The notes under the pieces were generated by a model. It made no database searches. It saw only the letters and a list, made by a program, of their open reading frames with translations, and was not told the DNA's origin. A program made the position numbers and the translations under genes. Source: an uncultured Planctomycetia bacterium (GTDB taxonomy: Bacteria > Planctomycetota > Phycisphaerae > Phycisphaerales > SM1A02). From it: a stretch of 64,000 bases of DNA. Numbering within the stretch: position 1 is the stretch's first letter; every line of letters starts with the position of its first letter. Positions 15,208-24,288 of the stretch are shown here, piece after piece. Where the stretch lies: positions 471-64,470 of the forward strand of contig CALMPF010000023.1 in the NCBI GenBank assembly GCA_937871505.1. The letters run 5' to 3'.

Positions 15208-17336
15208 AGCGACAGCGCCGCAAGACCAAGCGGGGTCGCGTCACCGCGGCCCCGACGATCCTCGCCAACGAGGCTCTGCCGTCGCGCGTCATCGCGATGT
15301 CGGCACCGATCACCTTCGCGCCGCTCGTGGCCTCCGCAGACGGCGCCGAGGCGATGCCGCGGCTCTCTGTGGTCGCCTACACGGGCGTCCAGATGCAGAT
15401 CGCCGGCTGGTGGCACCCCGTGGTCATCGACCTCGCGGGGCTGCGAGTCGGCGCTGCAAGTCGGCCACTCCTCCGCGAGCACGACGCCCTCCGCGTCGTC
15501 GGCCACACCAGCGACATCCGCGTCGAGGGCGTCGACCGCGTCGTCCTCGACGGCGTGGTGAGCGGGACCGGCCCCGACGCCGCCGAGATCCGTGCCGCCG
15601 CGAGGAATGGATTTCCCTGGCAGGCGAGCGTCGGCGTCGCAGCGGAGCGCGTCGAGTTCTTGAAGCCCGGCGCGACGGCTTCGGCCAACGGACGCACCTT
15701 CACCGGCCCCCTCTACATCGCGCGAGCCTCGCTTCTGCGCGAGGTCTCCATCGTCGCGCTCGGCGCAGACGACAGCACGACCGCACGACTCGCCGCCTCG
15801 CGCGGCAAGGAGCATCACATGACCTTCGAGCAGTGGCTCGCCAGCCTCGGCCTCGATCCGCAGACGATCGACGCATCCCAGCGCACCAACCTCCAGGCAG
15901 CCTTCGCTGCGATCCACGGACCGAAGCAGACCACTGCGGTCACCGCCTCGGCCGCAACAGCCGACGACGACGCGAACGAGCCTGATCACTCCGCCGAGAT
16001 CGTCGCCAGGATCCGACGCGACGCAGCCGCCGAGTCGGCCCGCATCGCCGGCATCCAGGCGAAGGCGGCAGGTCACCCTGAGATCATCGCGAAGGCGATC
16101 GCCGAGGGCTGGACCGTCGACAAGGCAGAGCTCGAGGCGACGCGTGCCAGTCGGCCCATCGCGCCGACTGGTCATGTCGGCGGCGCGGCCCCGGCCCCCG
16201 CCGCGATCGAGGCCTCGATGCTCCTGTCGATCGGCGTCGATCAGGCGACCGTCGGCAGGTGGTACGACCAGCCGACGATGGAGGCGGCGACGGATCGTCG
16301 CATGCGCAATGTCGGACTGCACGAGCTGTTCTCCTTCGCGGCCGCGGCCGCCGGCGTGCACATGCCGTCCGGCCGCTTCGGCGACGACCACATCCGGGCT
16401 GCGTTCGAGGCCGAGCGTCGGCTCATCCAGGCGCAGCAGTTCTCGACGTTCAGTCTCTCGGGAATCCTGTCCAACATCGCCAACAAGACCCTCCTCGCGG
16501 CGTTCCTCGCGGTCGAGCGAGTCGCCGAGCGCCTCAGCCATGTCCGATCGACGAGCGACTTCAAGGCGTTCACGACCCATCGGCTGACGCCGGACGGGCG
16601 CTTCGAGGAGGTCGGTCCGGATGGCGAGCTGAAGCTCGCGTCGCTGAAGGGATCGGACTACGCGAACCAGCTCAAGACACGCGGCCGCGTCATCGCACTC
16701 ACTCGTCAGGCGATGATCAACGACGACCTCGGTGCGTTCACGGAGATCGCGGCGCACCTGGGGCGCGCCGGCGCGCTCGCTCTCGAGCGAGCGTGGCACC
16801 TGCTGCTCCTCAGCAATCCCGGGTCGTTCTTCGCGACCGGCAACGGCAACTACATCGAGGGCGCAGCGACCGCGTTCGGAATCGGTGGCCTGACGACGCT
16901 CGAGCAGAAGTTCCGCGACCAGGTGGACGCTGCCGGCGAGCCGATCATGGTCAGCCCGAAGTTCCTGCTCGTGCCGACGTCGCTGGCGGTGCCTGCGCAG
17001 CAGATCTTCGCGGAGACGCGCGTCAACGAGACGACGACGACGAACGCAGCGAAGCCCGCGAACAACCCGCACGCGGGCAAGTGGACGCCGATCGCCAGCC
17101 CCTGGCTCAACTCTCAGGCGCTCCCCGGAAGCTCTGCACTCGCGTACTACCTCTTCGCCGATCCGGCGGACGTGGGCGCGATGCAGATCGCGTTCCTCAA
17201 TGGCCAGCGCATCCCGACGATCGAGGGCGGAAGCACCGACTTCACGACGCTCGGCATGCAGTGGCGCGGCTACTGGGACTTCGGCGTCGCGATGCAGGAT
17301 CACCGCGGCGCCGCGAAGAGCAAGGGCGAGGCGTAA
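15204..17336 (+). CDS. Prohead protease (S78/HK97-type) - scaffold - major capsid fusion protein
   Basis: The N-terminal region (LLREHDALRVVGH ... FPWQASVGV ... LLREVSIVALGADDST) resembles HK97 prohead protease. The middle is a helical linker. The C-terminal ~400 aa (SGILSNIANKTLL...KFLLVPTSLA...YYLFADPADVGAMQIAFLNG) is capsid-like. The position after the portal fits. Confidence 0.7.
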   Translation: MKRQRRKTKRGRVTAAPTILANEALPSRVIAMSAPITFAPLVASADGAEAMPRLSVVAYTGVQMQIAGWWHPVVIDLAGLRVGAASRPLLREHDALRVVGHTSDIRVEGVDRVVLDGVVSGTGPDAAEIRAAARNGFPWQASVGVAAERVEFLKPGATASANGRTFTGPLYIARASLLREVSIVALGADDSTTARLAASRGKEHHMTFEQWLASLGLDPQTIDASQRTNLQAAFAAIHGPKQTTAVTASAATADDDANEPDHSAEIVARIRRDAAAESARIAGIQAKAAGHPEIIAKAIAEGWTVDKAELEATRASRPIAPTGHVGGAAPAPAAIEASMLLSIGVDQATVGRWYDQPTMEAATDRRMRNVGLHELFSFAAAAAGVHMPSGRFGDDHIRAAFEAERRLIQAQQFSTFSLSGILSNIANKTLLAAFLAVERVAERLSHVRSTSDFKAFTTHRLTPDGRFEEVGPDGELKLASLKGSDYANQLKTRGRVIALTRQAMINDDLGAFTEIAAHLGRAGALALERAWHLLLLSNPGSFFATGNGNYIEGAATAFGIGGLTTLEQKFRDQVDAAGEPIMVSPKFLLVPTSLAVPAQQIFAETRVNETTTTNAAKPANNPHAGKWTPIASPWLNSQALPGSSALAYYLFADPADVGAMQIAFLNGQRIPTIEGGSTDFTTLGMQWRGYWDFGVAMQDHRGAAKSKGEA

Positions 17337-17423
17337 GCACCGACACCACGCGACGCGTCGTCGGCGCGATCGCATCGCACATGACTCACGCCGGGCGCGG
17401 GCCCGGCCAGACAGGAGCGCGAC

Positions 17424-17756
17424 ATGAACTTCTCTCTCGCACCCGGAGATCGGGTCGACTACACGCCCAACACCGCGATCGCCGCCGGAACGATCGTCGT
17501 CTTCGGCGCCGGAGTCGGTCTGGCCGATCAGGACATCCCCGCCAACCAGCTCGGCGCACTCTCGGTGCGCGGACTGAAGCGACTCGTGAAGGCGACCGGA
17601 TCGGCGATCACCGGCGGCGCCAAGCTCTACTGGGACGCGATCAACGAGCGCGTCACCACCACCGTCGGAAGCAACGCCTACGTCGGCATCGCGGTCCCGG
17701 CTGGCGCCGCGTCTGCGGACACCACCGTGCTCGTGCTGATGGGTCACGCAGCCTGA
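17424..17756 (+). CDS. DUF2190-like head decoration/accessory protein
   Basis: It is 110 aa and lies immediately after the capsid gene. VVFGAGVGLADQDIPANQLGALSVRGLKRL..AKLYWD is typical of the DUF2190 family. Confidence 0.55.
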   Translation: MNFSLAPGDRVDYTPNTAIAAGTIVVFGAGVGLADQDIPANQLGALSVRGLKRLVKATGSAITGGAKLYWDAINERVTTTVGSNAYVGIAVPAGAASADTTVLVLMGHAA

Positions 17757-18136
17757 TGCTCGACCTCCTCGACCGAGGCCACCGGTTCCTCGCCGCGCGG
17801 CAGGCGTCCCACGTCAGCCGCGCGGTGCAGTACGTGCGGACCACGGGGACCGCGCTCGACGTCGTCGCGACCATCGGCCGCACGACGTTCGAGCTGGCGA
17901 CCGATGCCGGCGGAACTCAGTCGATCGAGTCGCGCGACTACCTGATCCCGGCGGAGATGCTCCCATTCGATCCGTCGCGGGGCGATCGGGTGATCGAGCT
18001 GGTCGGCACCACCCAGATCGTGTACGAGGTCGCCGCGCCCGGCGGCGAGGCGCACTGGCGGTGGAGCGACGCGTCGCGGACGCGACGCCGCGTCCACACG
18101 AAGCACGTCCAGACGATCGAGACGGTGCCCGCATGA
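17756..18136 (+). CDS. Head-tail connector/adaptor candidate (126 aa)
   Basis: TGATG overlap at 17754-17758. The call rests on position in the head-completion block; I recognised no motif. Confidence 0.4.
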   Translation: MLDLLDRGHRFLAARQASHVSRAVQYVRTTGTALDVVATIGRTTFELATDAGGTQSIESRDYLIPAEMLPFDPSRGDRVIELVGTTQIVYEVAAPGGEAHWRWSDASRTRRRVHTKHVQTIETVPA

Positions 18137-18576
18137 CCTCCGCGATCGTCCAGATCGGCACCGCCCTCGTCGCCATGCTCGCGGCGCCTCCGCTCGAGCT
18201 GACGGCGACGTTCCGCTTCGCGCCGGAGACCGCGCTCAACACGACCCCGCCCGGACTCGAGGTGATCGTCTCGCCGGCATCGATCGAGTTCACGGCGGCG
18301 GATCGCTCGACCACGTTCCGCGATCACCGGCTGTGGATCCTCGTCCGCCGGAAGCTCGGGACCGATCCCGGTCCGCCCGCGCTCGACGGGTACGAGGAGC
18401 AGGTCGCCGAGCTCGTCGACCTCGTCGAGCGGATCGCCGATTCACTGCACCGCGCGGTGATCACCGGCGCTCCGGTGACTGACGTCGGGATCGACCCGGT
18501 CGTCGATCGCATGCATCTGCGCGAGCAGAACCAGTTCGTCTCGATCGTCTCCGTCACATGCCGGCAGCGGAAGTGA
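18133..18576 (+). CDS. Head/tail completion protein candidate (147 aa)
   Basis: ATGA overlap at 18133. The gene lies between the connector candidate and the tail tube gene. Confidence 0.4.
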   Translation: MTSAIVQIGTALVAMLAAPPLELTATFRFAPETALNTTPPGLEVIVSPASIEFTAADRSTTFRDHRLWILVRRKLGTDPGPPALDGYEEQVAELVDLVERIADSLHRAVITGAPVTDVGIDPVVDRMHLREQNQFVSIVSVTCRQRK

Positions 18577-18632
18577 GCGACCAATGACCGCAGTCGCCAC
18601 CTGCGCCGCGCCGTAGCCCGAAAGGACTCGAT

Positions 18633-19076
18633 ATGTCACTCGTCCTCGGCCTCAACGCCAAGCTCTACCGGAACACCGGGACCTACGCATCGCCGACGTG
18701 GGCGCTGATCGGCAACGTCAAGAACGTCACGCTCAACCTCGAGAAGGGCGAGGCGGACGTCACCACCCGTTCGAACAACGGGTGGCGCGCGAACGTCGGC
18801 ACGCTGAAGGACGCATCCATCGAGTTCCAGATGGTGTGGGACACCGATGACACGCACTTCAGCGCGATCAAGGATGCCTTCCTCGCCAACACCCCGATCG
18901 AGTTTCTCGTGCTCGACGGCCCCGTCGCGACCGCAGGCAGTCAGGGCCTCAGGGCAACCTGCGACATCATGAGCTTCTCGCGCGACGAGCAGCTCGAGGA
19001 GGCCCTCATGGTCAACGTGACGGCCAAGCCCACGTACTCGGTCAACGCGCCCGAGTGGTTCGAGGTGCCGGCGTGA
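18633..19076 (+). CDS. Major tail (tube) protein
   Basis: LNAKLYRNTGTYASPTWALIGNVKNVTLNLEKGEADVTTRSNNGWRANVGTLKDASIEF resembles TP901-1/phi13-type major tail proteins. There is a good SD (AAAGGA), and the position before the chaperone genes fits. Confidence 0.65.
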   Translation: MSLVLGLNAKLYRNTGTYASPTWALIGNVKNVTLNLEKGEADVTTRSNNGWRANVGTLKDASIEFQMVWDTDDTHFSAIKDAFLANTPIEFLVLDGPVATAGSQGLRATCDIMSFSRDEQLEEALMVNVTAKPTYSVNAPEWFEVPA

Positions 19077-19585
19077 CCGTGGCGAAGCCAACCAGCTTCA
19101 GCGACACCGCCGGGCGAGTCTGGACGCCCGAGGTCAACGTCGCCGCGGTCAAGCGAGTGCGCGCCCGCCTCGGCGTCGACCTCATCGACCTCGACGACGG
19201 CAAGCTCATCGGTCGTCTCAGCACCGATCCGATCTTCCTGGCCGACGTGCTCTACGTCGTTTGCGAGCTTCAGGCCACGGCCGCTGGCGTGTCTGACGAG
19301 GCGTTCGGCGAGGCGCTCGCCGGCGAGCCGATCGAGCACGCAGCGACGGCGCTGCTCGAGTCGCTCGTGTCTTTTTCCCCGAGCACCCGAATCCAGGCCG
19401 CGCTTCGGCAGGTGCTGACGGTGCAGCGGCAGACGCATGCGAGAGCCCTCGATGTGATGGAGCAGCGGCTCCCGTCGGCGATCGCTCAGGCGCAGGCGGA
19501 AGCCGAGCGGGCACTCGAGGACCTGGCCCGTGGGAGCTCATCTACCGACTCGCCGGGACCGTCGGAGTCGATCCAGACCCGCTGA
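19073..19585 (+). CDS. Tail assembly chaperone (gpG-like)
   Basis: GTGA overlap with the tail tube stop. The acidic/helical product lies directly upstream of a T-like ORF in the -1 frame and of the tape measure region. Confidence 0.55.
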   Translation: MTVAKPTSFSDTAGRVWTPEVNVAAVKRVRARLGVDLIDLDDGKLIGRLSTDPIFLADVLYVVCELQATAAGVSDEAFGEALAGEPIEHAATALLESLVSFSPSTRIQAALRQVLTVQRQTHARALDVMEQRLPSAIAQAQAEAERALEDLARGSSSTDSPGPSESIQTR

Positions 19586-19605
19586 CGCTCCGCGAGCTCG
19601 TCTGG

Positions 19606-19869
19606 ATGGCTCAGGGTCGATCGGACTCGCTCTGGGATCACACGTCCGAGGTCCTCTGCCTGCTCGCCAACGTCCACCGCGACCCCAAGAAGCGCGCGAA
19701 GCCGTTCTCGTCCCACCATTTCCGCCCGCGCCGTGCGGGCGACACCCGCAAGGAAGCATCGCTGCCCGTCGGGATCGACGCTCTCCGCGTCTTCCTCCCC
19801 CGGGGAGCACGCGCAAAGGCAACGCCCTCATGCGAATCACCATCGCCCGGACAGCCATCTTCAGCCTGA
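19606..19869 (+). CDS. gpT-like segment (possibly expressed as a -1 frameshift extension of 19073-19585)
   Basis: The -1 frame is open from well upstream and reads WELIYRLAGTVGVDPDPLTLRELVWMAQGRSDSLWDHTSEVLCLLANVHRDPKKRAKPF. This resembles the T part of G/GT chaperones. I could not identify a canonical slippery heptamer. Confidence 0.35.
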   Translation: MAQGRSDSLWDHTSEVLCLLANVHRDPKKRAKPFSSHHFRPRRAGDTRKEASLPVGIDALRVFLPRGARAKATPSCESPSPGQPSSA

Positions 19870-20195
19870 TCGGTCTCACCCTCGCCGCTGCCGCTGCCGC
19901 GTTCGCGCCGCCGCCTCCGCGCGAGACGGTCGATATCGGCACGCAGCTCATCGCGGCACGCGTCGAGATCAGACTCGCCCAGGTCGCAGCCGTGGAGGGC
20001 CGCATCGCCGACGAGACCGGACACCTCGCCCGGGCGTATTCGTCCGTCGGCTCCGTCTTATCCGCACTCGGTGCCGATTACGACGACGGCGAGGAGATCG
20101 CTCGCCACCGCCAGCGACTCCAGATCCCGCCCCCGGCTCCCGAGGCTCCCCCGGCGTCAACATCGGTCCCGCGCTCGATCCACTCCCTGCGCTGA
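19830..20195 (+). CDS. Secreted/membrane-anchored protein (121 aa)
   Basis: The N-terminal hydrophobic segment is MRITIARTAIFSLIGLTLAAAAAAFA. The stop overlaps the next start (TGATG). Confidence 0.45.
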   Translation: MRITIARTAIFSLIGLTLAAAAAAFAPPPPRETVDIGTQLIAARVEIRLAQVAAVEGRIADETGHLARAYSSVGSVLSALGADYDDGEEIARHRQRLQIPPPAPEAPPASTSVPRSIHSLR

Positions 20196-20791
20196 TGCGC
20201 CTGTCATGGTCCATCCTCACTGCCTGCGGCGCGTGCATCGTGCTCGCGGCGTGTGCGTCTCCGCCTGGCGGCGACCTCCCTTCGGCGCTCCCGAGCCTCC
20301 GCGGCTCGACGTCGGGAGCGATGACGAACGGAGCCGCGGCGAGCTGGGGCGTGCTGCGCTCGATGGCGATGCTGGCGTTCGTCCCGGCGATCGGCGCGGC
20401 GATCGGATCGGCGTTCATCCCGCAGCTGCGGACGATCGCCGGGACGCTGCTGGGGATCGCGCTGCTGACCGCGTCGGCGCCGTGGTTCCTCGAGCGATAC
20501 GGCGATCGCATGTTCCTGCCGGCGATCCTCGTGACCAGCATCGCCCTCGCGGCATGCGCGGCGATTCCGGTCTGGCTCTGGGTCCGCAAGCTCCAGCAGA
20601 CGCAGACGGTCATCCGGAAGCTGGAGAGCGACGCTCAGCTCGAGGAGGACCCGCGCAAGCGACTGATGGACATCGGAGGAGCGACGGCGCTCAAGCGCCT
20701 CAGCGATCCGACGTTCGATCGCAAGTTCCGGTACGCGCCGATCGTCGAGCAGGCGACGGCGACTCCACCTCTCACGGAGATCAACACGTGA
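20195..20791 (+). CDS. Lipoprotein-like polytopic membrane protein (198 aa)
   Basis: Lipobox-like ILTACGACIVLAACAS is followed by several hydrophobic spans (MAMLAFVPAIGAAIGSAF, LLGIALLTASAPWF, LPAILVTSIALAACAAIPVWLWV). Confidence 0.5.
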   Translation: MRLSWSILTACGACIVLAACASPPGGDLPSALPSLRGSTSGAMTNGAAASWGVLRSMAMLAFVPAIGAAIGSAFIPQLRTIAGTLLGIALLTASAPWFLERYGDRMFLPAILVTSIALAACAAIPVWLWVRKLQQTQTVIRKLESDAQLEEDPRKRLMDIGGATALKRLSDPTFDRKFRYAPIVEQATATPPLTEINT

Positions 20792-20916
20792 TTCTCGCAT
20801 CCGCCTCGTCCCTCCTCGGCTCGATCTGGTTCGCCCTCATGCTCGGGCTCGCCGGCTACATCGTCGGCAGCGTGCTGCCGGTGACGAAGCTGGGCGGGCT
20901 TTTCGGCAAGAAGTGA
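20788..20916 (+). CDS. Small membrane protein (42 aa)
   Basis: GTGA overlap at 20788. The product VILASASSLLGSIWFALMLGLAGYIVGSVLPV is one transmembrane span. Confidence 0.35.
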   Translation: MILASASSLLGSIWFALMLGLAGYIVGSVLPVTKLGGLFGKK

Positions 20917-21506
20917 TGATCCGTCCAACACTCAAGCTCACGAAGGACTCGTTCTTTGACCGCGCGGCCGTCATCGCGGCGATGGACCGTGTGACGCATC
21001 GCGCACTGTCGCGATCCGGTGCCATCGTCCGCCGGGAGGCTCGCTCGAGCATCAAGGACCGACCCCGCCAGAAGCTCAAGGAGATGACTCCGGAGGAGCA
21101 GTCGAAGTACAGGGCTTCGGTCGCGGCGGCCGAGCGGGAGGGTCGGCCGAAGCCGAAGCGGCCGATGGTCACAGAGAGCAGCAAGCCTGGCAAGCCGCCG
21201 TACAGCATCACCAACTTGCTGCGCGGCAAGACCGCGGACAAGCGCGCTGGCATCACCTTCGATTACGACTTCCGGACGCGAAGCGTGGTCGTCGGACCGA
21301 TCAAGCTCAACACCAGCAGCGGCGCACCTGCCGTGCTCGAGCACGGTGGCACGACCACGATCCGAACCCGACGGAAGTCACGCAAGGTGCGAGTTGCAGC
21401 GCGTCCGTACATGGGGCCAGCGCTCGCTCGCATCCTGGCCCAGGGAAAGATCCCGGACGCCTTCCGTGAGCGTGTCCAGCATGGCAAGCCGACGGGAGCT
21501 GGCTGA
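20913..21506 (+). CDS. Virion/tail-associated protein (197 aa; HK97 gp10-like?)
   Basis: ATGA overlap at 20913. The gene lies immediately upstream of the tape measure gene. The family assignment is weak. Confidence 0.4.
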   Translation: MMIRPTLKLTKDSFFDRAAVIAAMDRVTHRALSRSGAIVRREARSSIKDRPRQKLKEMTPEEQSKYRASVAAAEREGRPKPKRPMVTESSKPGKPPYSITNLLRGKTADKRAGITFDYDFRTRSVVVGPIKLNTSSGAPAVLEHGGTTTIRTRRKSRKVRVAARPYMGPALARILAQGKIPDAFRERVQHGKPTGAG

Positions 21507-21508
21507 CC

Positions 21509-23470
21509 ATGGCCCTCTCCGGCGCCATCCGTGCAGGACGTGCGTTCGTCGAGATCGGAGCGAGGTTGGGATCCTCGTTTCAACGCGGTCTCGCAGCCGC
21601 TCAGGCCCGCCTGAAGTCATTCGGCGCTGGCCTGCGCAACATCGGCGTAGGCATCACCGCAGGCGCTGGCGCTGTACTCGCACCGCTCACAGCCGCCGTG
21701 CTCCAGTTCGCTTCCGCAGGCGATGCACTCCAGAAGATGTCCGCGCGGACCGGCGCGAGCGCCGAGGCTCTCTCCGAGCTCGGCGTCGCGGCCCAGCTCT
21801 CCGGAACCTCGGTCGAGGTGATGGAGAAGGGCATCCGCACGATGCAGCGGACGATCGCCGAGGCGGCGAACGGCAGCGCGATGGCCGCGGATTCGCTCGC
21901 GCTGCTTGGGCTTTCGGCTGCGAAGCTCGCGGGGATGTCGCCCGACCGGCAGCTCGAGGCGATCGCTGACGGCTTGGCGGCGATCACCGACGACGCGCAG
22001 CGGACAGCGGCCGCGATGCGGGTCTTCGGGCGCAGCGGCGCCGAACTCATCCCCATGCTCTCTGGTGGCTCCGCGGGGATCGCCGCGATGCGCAAGCAGG
22101 CTCACGACCTCGGCCTGACCGTCTCGACCGAGACTGCCAACAGCGCGGCGCGACTCAATGACGCGCTCTTCCTCCTCTTCGCCACGGTCAAGAAGGTCAG
22201 CTTCGAGATCGGCGCTGCGCTCGCGCCTGCGGTCGAGAGGTTCGCCAAGGTGGCGGCGCCGATCGTCGCCAGCGTCATCAGGTGGGTGAAGGCGAATCAG
22301 CAGATCGTCGTTGCGGTGGCCAAGGTCACGCTCGTCGTCCTGGCTGCCGGCATCGCCATCACCGCTCTGGGGATCGCGATCGTCGGCCTGGGCGCCGTGC
22401 TCGGCGCTGCAGCGACCATCGTCGCGGCGCTTGGCGCGGCACTTGCGGCGATGGTCAGCCCGATCGGGCTTCTCATCATCGGTCTCGCAGGGCTGGTCAC
22501 ATGGCTGCTTCGGTTCACCAGCGTTGGCGTTCAGGCCGTGGAGTGGATCAAGGGCAGGTTCGCGTCACTCCTGCCCGCAGTGAACGCTGTCTGGACTGGC
22601 ATCCGCGATGCTCTCGCTGCTGGCGACCTTGGCTTGGCGATGGAGGTCGCGTGGGCCGCAGTCAAGCTCGCGTGGACCGCGGGAATTGGGTACCTCGAGG
22701 AGCGCTGGACTCAGTTCCGCGGGTGGATAACAACCGCGGTGATGGAGACGTGGGCTGGCATTCAGCTCTTCGGCGCATCCGTCTGGCACGCGTTTGAGAT
22801 CGCCGCTGTCGAGGCCATGGCCATGATCCGATCAGCGTGGGCGCAGACGGTCGCCGCGATGGCGAAGGCGGCGCGTCCACTCGTCGAGCTCACCACCGAG
22901 ATCCTTGCCCGGACAGGTGATCTGGTCGGTGCCGGCGACACGTTCAGGATGGGAGGAGCCGCGATCGCTGCGACTCTGCCGACGGGAGACCAGATCGACA
23001 CGCAGCTGGACGAGGACCGTGCACTGATCGAGGCCCGCCGACAACTGGGGCGAGGCGTGGCCGACGCGACGCTCAGCGGTCGCCAGAACGTGATCGGAAA
23101 CCGACTGGTGGAAGGCGACGCCGAGCGACGAGTGGCCCGCGACGCCACCATCGCCAAGAACGCCAAGGCCCTCGCCGATGCCCAGGCGAAGCTCCAGGAA
23201 GCGATTGCGGCCGCTGGCGCAGCGCGCAAGCAGTCCGATGACGACGCGAACGAGCGCGAGAAGCGGATCAAGCGGGCAACCGATGATGGCCTCGAGATCG
23301 GTGGCCAGACCTCGCGGGCTGAATCGCGCGGGACCTTCTCCGCGGCGGCGGCGCGCGGACTCGACTCGCCGAACACCGTCGGCCCGAAGCTCGACCGGAT
23401 GCTCGAGTTCCTGCGCACGATCGCCCGCAACACCGAGTCGGACGGACCTGTCCTGCAGGAGGGGGCCTGA
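21509..23470 (+). CDS. Tail tape measure protein
   Basis: AEALSELGVAAQLSGTSVEVMEKGIRTMQRTIAEAANGS..LGLSAAKLAGMSPDRQLEAIADGLAAI..RTAAAMRVFGRSGAELIPML is the typical tape measure N-terminal core. It is followed by transmembrane-like and coiled-coil segments. Confidence 0.85.
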   Translation: MALSGAIRAGRAFVEIGARLGSSFQRGLAAAQARLKSFGAGLRNIGVGITAGAGAVLAPLTAAVLQFASAGDALQKMSARTGASAEALSELGVAAQLSGTSVEVMEKGIRTMQRTIAEAANGSAMAADSLALLGLSAAKLAGMSPDRQLEAIADGLAAITDDAQRTAAAMRVFGRSGAELIPMLSGGSAGIAAMRKQAHDLGLTVSTETANSAARLNDALFLLFATVKKVSFEIGAALAPAVERFAKVAAPIVASVIRWVKANQQIVVAVAKVTLVVLAAGIAITALGIAIVGLGAVLGAAATIVAALGAALAAMVSPIGLLIIGLAGLVTWLLRFTSVGVQAVEWIKGRFASLLPAVNAVWTGIRDALAAGDLGLAMEVAWAAVKLAWTAGIGYLEERWTQFRGWITTAVMETWAGIQLFGASVWHAFEIAAVEAMAMIRSAWAQTVAAMAKAARPLVELTTEILARTGDLVGAGDTFRMGGAAIAATLPTGDQIDTQLDEDRALIEARRQLGRGVADATLSGRQNVIGNRLVEGDAERRVARDATIAKNAKALADAQAKLQEAIAAAGAARKQSDDDANEREKRIKRATDDGLEIGGQTSRAESRGTFSAAAARGLDSPNTVGPKLDRMLEFLRTIARNTESDGPVLQEGA

Positions 23471-24288
23471 TGCCGGTCACCTTCACCGAGCGCGATGTCT
23501 CCCGCGAGACCGAGACTGGGCCGAACAGGTCCGTCGAGCTGCGATTCACTGCGCACGGTTCAGACGACGACCTCGAGATCCGCAGCGAGGCGGAATCACA
23601 GCTCCCGGCGAGCTACGACGGCCTCAGTGGACGCATCATCCGCGTCCTGCCCATCGTGATCCGTGGCGATGACAGCTATTGGGACGTGGTGGGGCGGTAC
23701 ACCACGAGCCTGATCCCGGGACCGCCGGAGGTCGGGCAGAGCGAGTTCTCATTCGAGGTCGGGACCACCACGACGCGGATTCTGCGGTCGATCGAGACCA
23801 TCGCTCAGGTCAGCGCCAGCGGATACACGCCGGCGCCGGACTTCAAGCAGGCGATCAACGTCGATGACGATGGCGTGCACGGCGTCGACATTCTGACGCC
23901 CGAGGGGCGATTCGCTGAGCGGCACTTCCTCGCGGATTCGATGATCGATGGTGCGTACCGCGGGACGCTCCTCCGTCTGGCTGGCACGGTGAACGGCGCG
24001 ACGTGGAGGGGCGAAGCGAAGGGCCAGATCCTGTTTGTGGGCGCGCGCGGTCGCAAGCGGCAGAGCGATTCAGTCTGGGAGATCGAGTACAACTTCGCGT
24101 TCAGCGCAAATGCCACGGGCATCGTGATCGGTGACGTGACTGTTCCGGAGAAGGAGGGATGGCAGTACCTCTGGACGTACGCCGTGCCTGAATCCGCCGG
24201 CGGAACGATCATCCCTACACCACGTGCGGCCTACGTCGAGCGGGTCTACCCATACGGTGACTTCTCGTTGCTGGGGTTGGGCCCGTGA
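23470..24288 (+). CDS. Distal tail protein candidate (272 aa)
   Basis: TGATG overlap with the tape measure stop. This is the first gene after the tape measure gene. Confidence 0.45.
   Translation: MPVTFTERDVSRETETGPNRSVELRFTAHGSDDDLEIRSEAESQLPASYDGLSGRIIRVLPIVIRGDDSYWDVVGRYTTSLIPGPPEVGQSEFSFEVGTTTTRILRSIETIAQVSASGYTPAPDFKQAINVDDDGVHGVDILTPEGRFAERHFLADSMIDGAYRGTLLRLAGTVNGATWRGEAKGQILFVGARGRKRQSDSVWEIEYNFAFSANATGIVIGDVTVPEKEGWQYLWTYAVPESAGGTIIPTPRAAYVERVYPYGDFSLLGLGP

Noticed and set aside
14943-17747. 934-aa minus-strand ORF opposite the protease-capsid gene.
   Set aside because: It is antisense to a gene with clear protease and capsid motifs. Its composition is dominated by Arg, Gly, Asp and Glu, which is typical of antisense high-GC frames.
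19370-19380. T TTT TCC run as the slippery site for the G/GT frameshift.
   Set aside because: It is not a canonical X XXY YYZ heptamer in the zero frame. Shifting here would also produce about 50 aa of Ala/Gly-rich nonsense before the sensible T-like sequence begins.
23371-23410. Possible self-target of CRISPR spacer 4 in the tape measure gene (shared CCCGAAGCTCG).
   Set aside because: Only about 11 contiguous nt match, plus a shifted ACCGTC. That is not beyond chance in 64 kb of 70% GC DNA. I could not do a systematic spacer search by eye.
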